The notes: generated by a model not told the origin, from the sequence alone. A DNA stretch of 64,000 nt from Macrostomum lignano (GCA_002269645.1 NIVC01000934.1:62001-126000); one strand, 5' to 3'. Counted from the first letter of the stretch, positions 37,679-48,856 are shown. Translations and numbers: made by a program.

Positions 37679-38134
37679 CAGAAATTCGTGCTCCAGCAGC
37701 TCCGCGGTGGCCGCTCGCCTCCTCGGCTCCCTCTTGACGCACCGTCCGTAGAAGTCCCTCAGCAGGGCGGAGGTCCCGGCCGGCAGCTGCGGCATGTCGT
37801 GTCTTTGAATCCTCAGCGGGATCCGATACCACTCGAGCTGCCAGTTCGGAGGCTGCATCTCCAGCATCTCGAACACGGAGCAGCCGAAAGCCCACACGTC
37901 AGACTTGGGTGAGTACACGATTCTTCCGTCCTCATTGTACAGCTCAGGAGCCTTGAAGTAGGTGGTTCCGCACTCCGTCTTGGTGCTGCGCATCGTGGCG
38001 AAGACCTCCTTGGCGAGACCGAAGTCGATCAGCTTGATGAGGCCCTCATTGGTGAGCATTATGTTGGAGCACTTGATGTCACGGTGCAGGGTGACGGGAC
38101 TGCGGCTGTGCAGGAAGTTAAGCGCTGTGCAGAT
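37673..38134 (-). CDS. Ankyrin-repeat Ser/Thr kinase paralogue 1, exon 3 (kinase C-lobe)
   Basis: HRDIKCSN, DFG, GTTYFKAPE and DVWAFGC motifs; CTCACAG acceptor; TGA at 37673-37675. Confidence 0.92.
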   Translation of the reverse strand: MCTALNFLHSRSPVTLHRDIKCSNIMLTNEGLIKLIDFGLAKEVFATMRSTKTECGTTYFKAPELYNEDGRIVYSPKSDVWAFGCSVFEMLEMQPPNWQLEWYRIPLRIQRHDMPQLPAGTSALLRDFYGRCVKREPRRRAATAELLEHEFLQ

Positions 38135-38159
38135 CTGTGAGTTGGGGAGCGATTGAGCA

Positions 38160-38745
38160 GGGGTGGTGTGGGATCTGAGCTGCTTGGAGAAGTCCCTCAC
38201 TGCTGCATGGGGTGGTGTGGGATCTGAGCTGCTTGGAGAAGTCCCTCACTGCTGCATGGGGTGGTGTGGGATCTGAGCTGCTTGGAGAAGTCCCTCACTG
38301 CTGCATGGGGTGGTGTGGGATCTGAGCTGCTTGGAGAAGTCCCTCACTGCTGCATGGGTGGTGTGGGATCTCACCTGCTTGGAGAAGTCCCTCACTGCTG
38401 CATGGGGTGGTGTGGGATCTGAGCTGCTTGGAGAAGTCCCTCACTGCTGCATGGGGTGGTGTGGGATCTCACCTGCTTGGAGAAGTCCCTCACTGCTGCA
38501 TGGGGTGGTGTGGGATCTCAGCTGCTTGGAGAAGTCCCTCACTGCTGCATGGGCTGGTGTGGGATCTGAGCTGCTTGGAGAAGTCCCTCACTGCTGCATG
38601 GGGTGGTGTGGGATCTGAGCTGCTTGGAGAAGTCCCTCACTGCTGCATGGGGTGGTGTGGGATCTGAGTTTTTTGGAGAAGTCCCTCACTGCTGCATGGG
38701 GTGGTGTGGGATCTCACCTGCTTGGAGAAGTCCCTCACTGCTGCC
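38160..38745 (-). repeat. 49-bp minisatellite made of the last 27 nt of kinase exon 2 plus the first 22 nt of the intron, ~12 copies
   Basis: Unit GCAGCAGTGAGGGACTTCTCCAAGCAG-(g/c)t(g/c)agatcccacaccaccccat. Confidence 0.95.
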
Positions 38746-39140
38746 TCATCGAAGGGCCGTCGCTGCAGCTGCATCAGCTCAGAGAGGCTGTGGCCGGAGA
38801 TCAGCTCGGTGAAGATGCACAGCTTGCCCTTCTTGATGCGCTCAGACTTGAGGAACTGCACAATGTTCGGGTGCCGGATGGCCTTCAGGACGGAGATCTC
38901 CGCGTTCTCCTTCTCGATGGCCTCGTCCACAAGCCTGGCGCTGCTGGCACCTTCCAGCCTGACGATCTTGACAGCCACAGTCTGGCGCTTATCGGTGAAC
39001 GCCTTGTACACCTTGCCGAAGCCGCCTACTCCGAGCAGCTGCTTGTTGCCGTCACCATCGAGAAGGAAGTGCCAGCTGGAGAAGGCGGGGTCCAGAGACG
39101 GCCTCGCACTGAAAGAGGAGAGGGTTGGGAGACTGAAGCA
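38718..39140 (-). CDS. Ankyrin-repeat Ser/Thr kinase paralogue 1, exon 2 (kinase N-lobe)
   Basis: LGVGGFGKVY, VAVK and EISVLKAIRHPNIVQF; CAG|GTGAGA donor. The acceptor is at 39140 or, alternatively, 39108. Confidence 0.88.
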
Positions 39141-39223
39141 CTGCGGGATGGCTGCAGAAATGGGGAACTGAGCAGGCAGGGAGAGTCTGTCAGCTGATCA
39201 TTGTGAGCCACTCTTAGCTGAAC

Positions 39224-40825
39224 CGAATGCAATTTCCCAAGTGAAAAGTGGAAGACGGCCTGCCTTGCTGACGGAGTCTCCTCGGACTGCAGCTGCAAGC
39301 CAGACATTGCCTGGCCCAGCCTCCGCTCTTCTCCATCAGGCTGCTGCCGCCGCTGCTCTGCGATCCACTCCCGAATCCGAGCTCCGTGCTGAGAGTTCCG
39401 CTCTGTGTAGTCGGCCACCGACTCGCCACCGGAATCGAGAAGGTCGAATGGGGCGAGGCCGAGAGAGTCCGCGATGAGGCGGAGCGAGTCCAGGTCGTGA
39501 TGCTGAGCAGCCAGGTGAGCAGGTGTGGCTCCGTTTGAGTCTTTTTCCAACAGACAGGCCGGACCGAGCTCTGAGATGAGCCACTTGAGACAGGAGTTAG
39601 TCTTCTCATTCATAGCGGCCCAGTGAATGGCAGTGCGTTGTAAGTAGCCAGGCTGATGGAAGCAGTCGGATCCGAGGACTGATTTGAAGAACTGCATGGA
39701 ATCGGCGCCCTGCTTCCAAGCAGCGAGATGGACGGGAGTGTCTCCTTCTTGGTCTCGAACGGAGAGACAGTCGGTTCCGCACTCGTTTACCAGCCACTTG
39801 AGACAGGAGTTAGTCTTCTCATTGATAGCGGCTTGGTGAATGGCAGTGCGTTGTAAGTAGCCAGGCTGATGGAAGCAGTCGGATCCGAGGACTGATTTGA
39901 AAAACTGCATGGAATCGGCGCCCTGCTTCCAAGCAGCGAGATGGACGGGAGTGTCTCCATCTTGGTCTCGAACGGAGAGACAGTCGGTTCCGCACTCGTT
40001 CACCAGCCACTTGAGACAGGAGTTAGTCCCATTCAAAGCGGCCCAGTGAATGGCAGTTTGTTGTAATAAGCCAGGCTGATGGAAGCAGTCGGATCCGAGG
40101 ACTGATTTGAAGAACTGCATGGAATCGGCGCCCTGCTTCCAAGCAGCGAGATGGACGGGAGTGTTTTCTTGTTGGTCTCGAACGGAGAGACAGTCGGTTC
40201 CGCACTCGTTTACCAGCCACTTGAGACAGGAGTTAGTCGCTTCATTCTCAGCGGCACAGTGAATGGCAGTGCGTTGTAAGTAGCCAGGCTGATGGAAGCA
40301 GTCGGATCCGAGGACTGATTTGAAAAACTGCATGGAATCGGCGCCCTGCTTCCAAGCAGCGAGATGGACGGGAGTGTCTCCATCTTGGTCTCGAACGGAG
40401 AGACAGTCGGTTCCGCACTCGTTCACCAGCCACTTGAGACAGGAGTTAGTAGCTTCATTCACAGCGGCAAAGTGAATGGCAGTGCGTTGGAATCGGCCAG
40501 GCTGATGGAAGCAGTCGGATCCGAGGCTGCGGTGAATGAGCTCCATCCATGACACATCTCGACACAAGGCAGCCAGGTGCACAGGAGTGTTGCCTCTTTC
40601 GTTGGTGCAGGTGAGGCAGTCGGGTCCGAGTTTCTTAATAAGAGCCTCGAAGCAGCGGAGACCGTCGGATAGATAGGTCACGTGATGAGCAATGGACTGA
40701 TTCAACTGGTTGATGTTGACTGCGAAGTTGGCGTCGAGCTGCCGGCAGAGGGGGAGCAGGCGGCCTGCGTCCTTGGCACGGAGGGCTGCAGCGACTTCTT
40801 CGCGCACTGAGGCTTGCCGGGCCAT
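39224..40825 (-). CDS. Ankyrin-repeat Ser/Thr kinase paralogue 1, exon 1 (~12 ankyrin repeats, including 5 double units); spliced product ~830 aa
   Basis: Long ORF from ATG 40825 with repeated GxTPVHLAA and TAIHxAA motifs. The donor is uncertain (GT at 39223 or GC at 39263). A 2-nt indel between paralogues in this interval supports an intron here. Confidence 0.88.
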
Positions 40826-40874
40826 GTCTGCAGAGTGGCGCGGACTGCGAGCGCGCTGGGCTGCTCTGTGCCGC

Positions 40875-40881
40875 TTTTATA
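40875..40881 (-). promoter_or_regulatory. TATA box (CATATAAAAG) ~50 nt upstream of the kinase-1 ATG
   Basis: Consensus match, conserved at the same distance in paralogue 2. Confidence 0.6.
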
Positions 40882-41102
40882 TGGGCGTTGCGGAGAGGCG
40901 GGCTGAGCGGCATCCGAGCCAGACTACTGTGAGTAGGCAAAGCAGAGTAAACTGCAGATGCTGTGCTGAGTCTGTCAGTTCTCAGCTCGGAACTCAGCGA
41001 GACCGACTGCTGGCCGCAGGACACGGGAAGGTGAGCGACAGCTGCTGGGACCGGCGCCGTGGATTCTGGCATTGGAAATGGTGAATTATTAATTGTGAGT
41101 GC

Positions 41103-41565
41103 CAGGCGCGTCGCCACCGGGGGGGGGGGACAGGGGGGACATGTCCCCCCCCCCTGTAAAAGCTATGGGGGGGACATGCCAATGCTTTTTCCCCCTACCC
41201 TACCCTGTGACTCATTGTGTAAATCAATAATTTTTCTTTAGGGTGCCAATATATAACAGCGGCGTTGCCAAAATGAGTGCCTGTGGCGCTAAAATGAATG
41301 CCTGCGGCGCCAAAATGAGTGCCTGCGACGCCATAATGAGTGCCTGCCGCGCTAAACTGAATGCCTGCGGCGCCAAAATGAGTTCCTGCGGCGCTAAAAT
41401 GAGTGCCTGCGGCGCCGCTAAAATGAATGCCTTCGGCGCCAAAATGAGCGCTGACAACACGATTCTGAAAATAATGGAATTTTAGGAATTTAGTCATGTA
41501 ATTTAGTATAGGTGGATTCTTGGCTTTGTCCCCCCCCCACCATAAAATCCATGGCGACGCCCCTG
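41103..41565. mobile_element. hAT-type MITE (463 bp)
   Basis: 14-bp TIRs CAGG(C/G)GCGTCGCCA. 8-bp TSD GTGAGTGC/GTGGGTGC with one mismatch. Internal ~21-bp repeats and no ORF. Confidence 0.8.
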
Positions 41566-41769
41566 GTGGGTGCCCTGCATGAGGATTACATTAACGGAGC
41601 GAAGGGCAAACTTCGTAGACAGTGAAAGGAGAGTCTGATCTCTGTGCAATGTTGAAGGCATCTGTGGCATTAGAAAGGGCAACTCTGCTCATTCCGCACA
41701 TGACTCCTGGGCTCACACAAGCGCGCCAATGCTGTACGCACGTACTCACACAAGGTCACACAGAGCGTT

Positions 41770-41965
41770 CTCTCTCCCATCTCCATCTTCTCTCCCCTTT
41801 CCATCTTCTCTCTCCCATCTCCATCTTCTCTCCCCTTTCCATCTTCTCTCTTCACTCTCCCTCTTCTCTCTCCCTCTTCTCTCCCCTCTCTCCTCTCTCT
41901 CTTCTCTCCCTCCTCTCTCTCCCCTCTCCATCTTATCACTCCCCCTCCCTCTTCTCTCCCCTCTC
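41770..41965 (+). repeat. CT-rich low-complexity tract
   Basis: Base composition. Confidence 0.85.
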
Positions 41966-42249
41966 AGGGTGTAAAGCGGCCCTGTCTTTCTAATCCTCAG
42001 GCATGTACACTGTCTGTGCCTTCATACTGACCTCAACACATTCCAGCACTTTAAATACTTAGACTTGCAGAATTTTGAGAGGGCCTCGTATATTTGTATC
42101 GATTCAGCTACGCGTAATTTTTCTCGTCCCATTAGTTTTTTGAGAGCGTGCAGGTTATTCTCACGTTTCCACCCCAGCCCTTCCGATGAAGCGGGTGTGG
42201 AAGTGGCCTTCCAATCCAAGTGACGACTCCGCGGTCAGGCTGTGCTGGT

Positions 42250-42722
42250 GTGGCCTGTGTCCAAGCTGTGTCATTGAGACATCAAGAACTGAGTAACTGG
42301 TGCGGCCTGTGTCCAAGCTGTGGGTCATTGAGACATCAAGAACTGAGGAACTGGTGCGGCCTGTGTCCAAGCTGTGAGTCATTGAGACATCAAGAACTGA
42401 GTAACTGGTGCGGCCTGTGTCCAAGCTGTGAGTCATTGAGACATCAAGAACTGAGTAACTGGTGCGGCCTGTGTCCAAGCTGTGAGTCATTGAGACATCA
42501 AGAACTGAGTAACTGGTGCGGCCTGTGTCCAAGCTGTGTCATTGAGACATCAAGAACTGAGTAACTGGTGCGTCCTGTGTCCAAGCTGAGTCATTGAGAC
42601 ATCAAGAACTGAGTAACTGGTGCGGCCTGTGTCCAAGCTGTGGGTCATTGAGACATCAAGAACTGAGTAACTGGTGCGGCCTGTGTCCAAGCTGTGAGTC
42701 ATTGAGACATCAAGAACTGAGT
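42250..42722 (+). repeat. 54-bp minisatellite, ~8-9 copies
   Basis: Unit GTGTCCAAGCTGTGAGTCATTGAGACATCAAGAACTGAGTAACTGGTGCGGCCT. Confidence 0.95.
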
Positions 42723-42996
42723 AACGCGTGACTACGCGTGACTCTTCCTCGCTCCATTAACTTTTCTGTGCGTGCAGGTTATTCGTAGAGTTCAGCCCCA
42801 GCCCCATCATGATTGTTCAGGACCCACCCATTCATTCAGAGAAGTTAATTTTTCGCTAAAAAGTATAAGCTTATCAGTCTCTCTCTCCAGGGAGAGCGCG
42901 TTCTTGGTTTTCCCCTTCGTTTGGCTCGTAGCCGAAAAGAGTTACTGCAAATTCTCAATTTATTGCGTTCTGACAAGGATCACATGCAGCAGTTGC

Positions 42997-44303
42997 TGAG
43001 CATCAGTGAGCACTGTTGCACAGGAACTCATGACAGCAGCTGGTGAGCATCAGTGAGCACTGTTGCACAGGAACTCATGACAGCAGCTGGTGAGCATCAG
43101 TGAGCACTGTTGCACAGGAACTCATGACAGCAGCTGGTGAGCATCAGTGAGCACTGCTGCACAGGAACTCATGACAGCAGCTGGTGAGCATCAGTGAGCA
43201 CTGCTGCACAGGAACTCATGACAGCAGCTGCTGAGCATCAGTGAGCACTGTTGCACAGGAACTCATGACAGCAGCTGGTGAGCATCAGTGAGCACTGTTG
43301 CACAGGAACTCATGACAGCAGCTGGTGAGCATCAGTGAGCACTGCTGCACAGGAACTCATGACAGCAGCTGGTGAGCATCAGTGAGCACTGTTGCACAGG
43401 AACTCATGACAGCAGCTGGTGAGCACTGTTGCACAGGAACTCATGACAGCAGCTGGTGAGCACTGTTGCACAGGAACTCATGACAGCAGCTGGTGAGCAT
43501 CAGTGAGCACTGCTGCACAGGAACTCATGACAGCAGCTGGTGAGCACTGTTGCACAGGAACTCATGACAGCAGCTGGTGAGCACTGTTGCACAGGAACTC
43601 ATGACAGCAGCTGGTGAGAACTGCTGCACAGGAACTCATGACAGCAGCTGGTGAGCACTGTTGCACAGGAACTCATGACAGCAGCTGCTGAGCATCAGGG
43701 AGCACTGTTGCACAGGAACTCATGACAGCAGCTGGTAAGCATCAGTGAGCCCTGTTGCACAGGAACTCATGACAGCAGCTGGTGAGCATCAGTGAGCACT
43801 GCTGCACAGGAACTCATGACAGCAGCTGGTGAGCATCAGTGAGCCTTGTTGCACAGGAACTCATGACAGCAGCTGCTGAGCATCAGTGAGCACTGTTGCA
43901 CAGGAACTCATGACAGCAGCTGGTGAGCATCAGTGAGCACTGCTGCACAGGAACTCATGACAGCAGCTGCTGAGCATCAGTGAGCACTGTTGCACAGGAA
44001 CTCATGACAGCAGCTGGTGAGCATCAGTGAGCACTGCTGCACAGGAACTCATGACAGCAGCTGCTGAGCATCAGTGAGCACTGTTACACAGGAACTCATG
44101 ACAGCAGCTGGTGAGCATCAGTGAGCACTGCTGCACAGGAACTCATGACAGCAGCTGCTGAGCATCAGTGAGCACTGTTGCACAGGAACTCATGACAGCA
44201 GCTGGTGAGCATCAGTGAGCACTGTTACACAGGAACTCATGACAGCAGCTGGTGAGCATCAGTGAGCACTGTTACACAGGAACTCATGACAGCAGCTGGT
44301 GAG
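42997..44303 (+). repeat. 47-bp minisatellite with 37-bp deletion variants, ~28 copies
   Basis: Unit GAGCATCAGTGAGCACTGTTGCACAGGAACTCATGACAGCAGCTGGT. Confidence 0.96.
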
Positions 44304-46276
44304 TGTCATGACTTATGGGGTGGGGCCGCGTGGTAGGGGTGGAGCTTGTTTAGTAAGCCTAGCTAGCAGTACGTACGGTAATGTACATGCGCGGGCCACC
44401 GTGCCCCTTGGCCTATAAAATATACAGAGCGTGGAGGGTTTTGCCTCAACTGAGTTTACTCCAGAATAAGCGAATTGACTTCATTACAATTGGCGACGAG
44501 AATGGCTTCAGTTGGACAACTAGAGCCTTACGAGGAAGGCAAAGATTGGGACGCCTATCAAGAGCGAATGGACTCTTACATGCTTGCAAACGGCATAGAA
44601 GGCGACGACAAGAAGAAGGCAGTGTTTCTGACATTGATTGGCGAACGATGCTACGCAGTCCTGCGGGATCTCTGCAGTCCGACCAAGCCAACAGATCTGC
44701 AATACAGCGCCCTCACCGAGCACCTTCAAAAGTACTTCAAACCGAAGAAGCCAGTAATCGCTGAACGGTTCAAGTTCTACAAGCGAGCACAAAAGGACGG
44801 AGAGACGGCTGCTCAATTTCTGGCTGCGCTGCGGAATCTGGCCGATTCGTGCGAGTTCGGCGGGTTTCGAGAAGAAGCTCTCCGAGACTGTTTCGTTTGT
44901 GGTCTTCGGGACCAGCGGACCCAGCAGCGACTCCTGATGGAGGAGAAGCTCACGCTGGATGTGGCCAAGAAAATTGCCCTCCCGGCGGAGATCGCTAAGT
45001 CGGAAACTGAGCAGTGGAAATCGAGCTCAGAGGTCAGCTCAGTCCAGCAGGTAGCGCCAGACTCGAAGGCGTGCTACAGGTGCGGATTGAAAGGCCACCT
45101 GTCGGCAGCCTGCCACTTCAGGACCGCAAAGTGCCACAACTGCGGGAAAGTTGGACACCTGCAGAAAGTTTGCCGCTCAGCCAAGAAAGCCTCCAGCACA
45201 ACGAAAGCCGGACGGCCAGAGAACGGACCAGCGCACGCAATGCAAACGGAAGAGGAGGAGGAAGCAGCAACTGGCTGGATTTCGCAAGTCACTGCATCGG
45301 CCAAGAAGATCAGCGTAAGCCTGCTGGTGAATGACCAGCCCCTCACCATGCAGCTGGACACCGGTGCCTGCGTCAGCCTCGTACCGGAGTCGGTGTGGAA
45401 GCAGCTCGGACGACCTCCGCTGACACCAACACGCCTGCGACTCCGGACCTGGACGGGCGAGCCAATACAAGTCAAGGGAACAGCCGAGGTCAGGGTCAAC
45501 TACGACGGAAGACAGCATGATAAGCTGCCGCTGGTGGTCACCAGTCAGACCGGAGCCTGCCCATTGCTAGGACGCAATTGGCTGGAAAAGGTGCGACTCA
45601 ACTGGACTCAGTTGTTTGCCAACCAGATCAGCCAGGCGCCGGTGCAGAACAGCGGGCCTCTCGACCAGATGCTGGAGGAGTTCGCTGATGTTTTCGACGA
45701 GAGCCTGGGGCAGTTGAAGGATCAGACAGTCGCACTGAGACTTAAAAGTGACGCACAGCCTCGATTCTGCAAGGCCAGACCCGTGCCATTCGCAGTGCGG
45801 GACAAGCTTGAGCTCGAGCTCCAAGACATGCTCAACAAAGGCATCATCCGCCCGGTGACCTACAGCGAGTGGGCTACGCCAGTGGTTCCGGTACTCAAGG
45901 CGGACGGCTCAGTCCGACTGTGCGGCGACTATAAACTGACGTTGAACCCTCAGCTCCACATCGACCAGTACCGCTGCCTACGCCTGAAGAGCTTTACGAG
46001 CAGATGGGACGGGGTCAGCTGTTCTCAAAACTCGATCTGTCACAATGTTATCTTCAGTTTCCACTCGACGAAGAGAGCTGCAAGCTGACGACCATCAACA
46101 CGCATAAAGGGCTTTTCGAGTACCTCCGGTTGCCATTTGGCGTCAGTTCGGCTCCTGCGATTTGCCAGAGGCTGATGGAAACACTTTTGAAGGGCGTGCC
46201 GGGAGTCTGTTGCCGCATTGATGACATCCTGGTGTCCGGTCCGTCAATGAGTGAGCACCTAGCAGCGCTTCTCCCA
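44304..46276 (+). mobile_element. 3'-truncated Ty3/Gypsy (Mag-like) LTR retrotransposon A: 5' LTR 44304-44488, PBS 44491-44500, gag-pro-RT from 44502
   Basis: TGT...ACA LTR and TGGCGACGAG PBS. Gag with two CCHC knuckles, protease LDTGA and RT through RIDD, with a frameshift near 45975. No RNase H, integrase or 3' LTR. Confidence 0.92.
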
Positions 46277-46428
46277 GACTGAGAAGACTCAGGTGTCACC
46301 TGATGGCACTGATAGAGCTCAGTGGGAAATATGAGATGTTGAGGCAATAGGGTAATCCCCTAATCCTCGTAACAGGTGAGTCAGGCCACCTGTTGATGTG
46401 CATGCCGTGAGCCTATGAACATGCTGAC
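46277..46428. repeat. 152-bp dispersed, hairpin-rich element; second copy at 61068-61219
   Basis: Two ~90% identical copies in the same orientation with matching ends. Confidence 0.85.
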
Positions 46429-48649
46429 GTTGCAAGTGACTTTCTGCCACAGGCGGCACTGGTCTCTTGGAATCGAAAATTGCTAGAAGCGGTTTGTGGC
46501 CAGTGACCAGGATGAAATTTCGACCCAACAGGTACTTATGGAACTTCTTAAGTCCAAATATAATTAAGAGTACCAATGCTTCATTTTCAATTTGGGCATA
46601 GTTATTTTCAGCAGCTGACAGTGTTCTAGAAGCGTAGGCGATTGGCCTGTCTCCGGTCTTTGTTTCATGGGAAATGACCGCACCAAGACCGTAAGGTGAA
46701 GCGTCATATTCTAGCTTCAGCTTCTTGGACAGATCATAGTGAGTCAGCACCTTGCTTGAAGTAAGTTGATCTTTGACGTGCTTGAACGCGGATTCGCACT
46801 CGGCTGGCCAGTCGAAATCCTTTTCTTTTCGAAGTCGCAAGTAAAAGGGGTGCATCCGAGTTGCCAGATTCTGGATGAATTTTCCATAGTAATTTTTCAG
46901 TCCAATCGAAGCCCTCAGCTCTGACACATTTCGTGGGCATGGAGCCTCATGGATAGCTCTGATCTTGTCCTCAGTTGGGTGAATTCTCTCTTCATCCATC
47001 CTGTATCCAAGGAAAGTGACAGACCTCTGCATGAATTTACACTTCGACTTCTTTAGTCTGACACCTCGCTCTCGAAAGCGTTGCAAAACCTTCTTCAGAT
47101 TTTGCAAGTGTTCCTCGGAATTCTTGCCAACTACTAAAACATCGTCAATGAAGCAGATGACTCCGCTCAGTCCTTGCAACATCTTGGCCAACTACTAAAA
47201 CATCGTCAATGAAGCAGATGACTCCGCTCAGTCCTTGCAACATCTTGGCCAACTACTAAAACATCGTCAATGAAGCAGATGACTCCGCTCAGTCCTTGCA
47301 ACATCTTGGCCAACTACTAAAACATCGTCAATGAAGCAGATGACTCCGCTCAGTCCTTGCAACATCTTGTCCATGGCCATCTGGAAAACTACCGGTCCAC
47401 TGGCTAGTCCGTATTGCAGCCGCTGGCACTGAAACAATCCCTTGTGCGTATTGAGCACAATGTACTGTTTGGAGTCTTCGTCCAATTATAGCTGCAGAAA
47501 TGGTTGAGTAGCGTCCAACTTAGTGACATACTTGCCTCCATTTAGAGCACTAAACAGATCTTCCTGCCTGGGCAATGGGTACTGGTCGACAATCAGAACC
47601 TTGTTCAGTGTCGTCTTGAAATCCGCAAATTCTCACTGATCAAAGCGAACAGGCTTTTTGGTTATCAAAATTTCTACGAAGTAAGCAGGGTTACCTCTGT
47701 CAAATACCCGATTAATGCTTGGTGGTGATACTCTGGCTTCTTGGCCACACGGTTCATTCGCGAAGTACTCCGTAACCTGCTTGTTGCGAAATCCTTTCAG
47801 AGCCACGGTAGACTTACATGCAACTCCCAGGTGTCCTTCTTTTCCACACTTGTTGCACTTTTTATTACGATGTGGGCAAGCATTTGCCAAGTGATCTGGG
47901 CCAGAGCAACGGTAGCACCTGCGAGTAAATGTAGGCTTCTCCTTGTTTCCTTCCCTGATTTGGCGGGTCTCAGTAGCGCGTCGAAAAGCTGGCTTCCGCT
48001 TCTGGAGCTGGTCGCTTCGAGTGCCAACTCTGTTCACTGCTGGAGCAGATCCTTGGATGCTGCGAGCGTTCTTGAATGCATTCTCAATGACCTGGGCCTC
48101 CTAAACTGCGACCTTGAATGTCGAGTCGTCTTTTAGAGTGGTCAGCAGTTTGTTCAACATATGCTCGTCTCTGAGGCCGAAGTCAAAAGCATCGCGGAGC
48201 GCTTGATCCAGGAATGCGTCAAACTTGCAGCTGGCACTGAGGCTTCGAAGACTTACAACGAAGTCGGCTATGGTCTCGCCATCCTTCTGCTTCCTTTGAG
48301 CGAATACGAATCGTTGAGCAATAGAGCTCAATTCCGGTGTAAACTGGTGCCGGAGTGCAGTCAGTAGCTCCTCGCTGGCGCAATTGCGTTCCTCAGAATT
48401 GAGTAGGCCTCTTCTCCGATCAGGGTCAGCAGGTTCGCCTTTTCTCAGCTTCATCAGTGACTTTCTTGGCCACATGAAAATACTCCAGCCGCTCCTCGTA
48501 CTCCTCCCAGTTCCGAAGGCTGCTGCAGTTGAATGGTTCGATAACCGGCCTCGTCGCCATTGTTGTGTTTGTATCGTATTTCCTAAAAGCCGTTTATTAT
48601 AAAAGCAAGCACGCAGGCTCGAAGCCTAAGGAACGCAGCTTTCACAACA
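46429..48649 (-). mobile_element. 3'-truncated, degenerate Ty3/Gypsy (Mag-like) element B: 89-bp 5' LTR 48561-48649, PBS 48549-48559, gag, partial RT and RNase H
   Basis: LTR TGTTGTG...CACAACA and PBS TGGCGACGAGG. Two CCHC knuckles, RT FIDD and RNase H DASPYGLGAV / PIAYASRTL. Protease deleted; frameshifts present; no integrase. Confidence 0.92.
47126..47369 (-). repeat. 4 x 61-bp tandem duplication spanning the RT FIDD motif of element B
   Basis: Four consecutive identical 61-bp units. Confidence 0.95.
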
Positions 48650-48856
48650 GGCTCATGGCTGCTGCCAGTGTCATGCTGTTTCTGGAACAATCGATCAGCA
48701 GTGTCTGTCCAACTGAAGTCGGAGGTCGCGAACTGCTGCAGAGGCGCCTCTGGCAGGTGAAGAATTTATTATTATTTGCAGTTCTTTGCTCTCTGTTAAA
48801 CAAAAGTACAAAGCCAGAAGCAGTACCGAAATGCTCGCATCTCACTGCAATGAGCA

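Noticed and set aside
42250-44303. Regular 47- and 54-bp repeats resembling CRISPR arrays
   Set aside because: The units abut with no unique spacers, there are no cas genes, and the context is eukaryotic.
46277-46340. TPP riboswitch-like words (CTGAGA...ACCTGAT...GGGAA)
   Set aside because: The P2 ACCC/GGGT pairing and the P5 loop are missing, and the second copy loses TGAGA, so this is probably coincidental.
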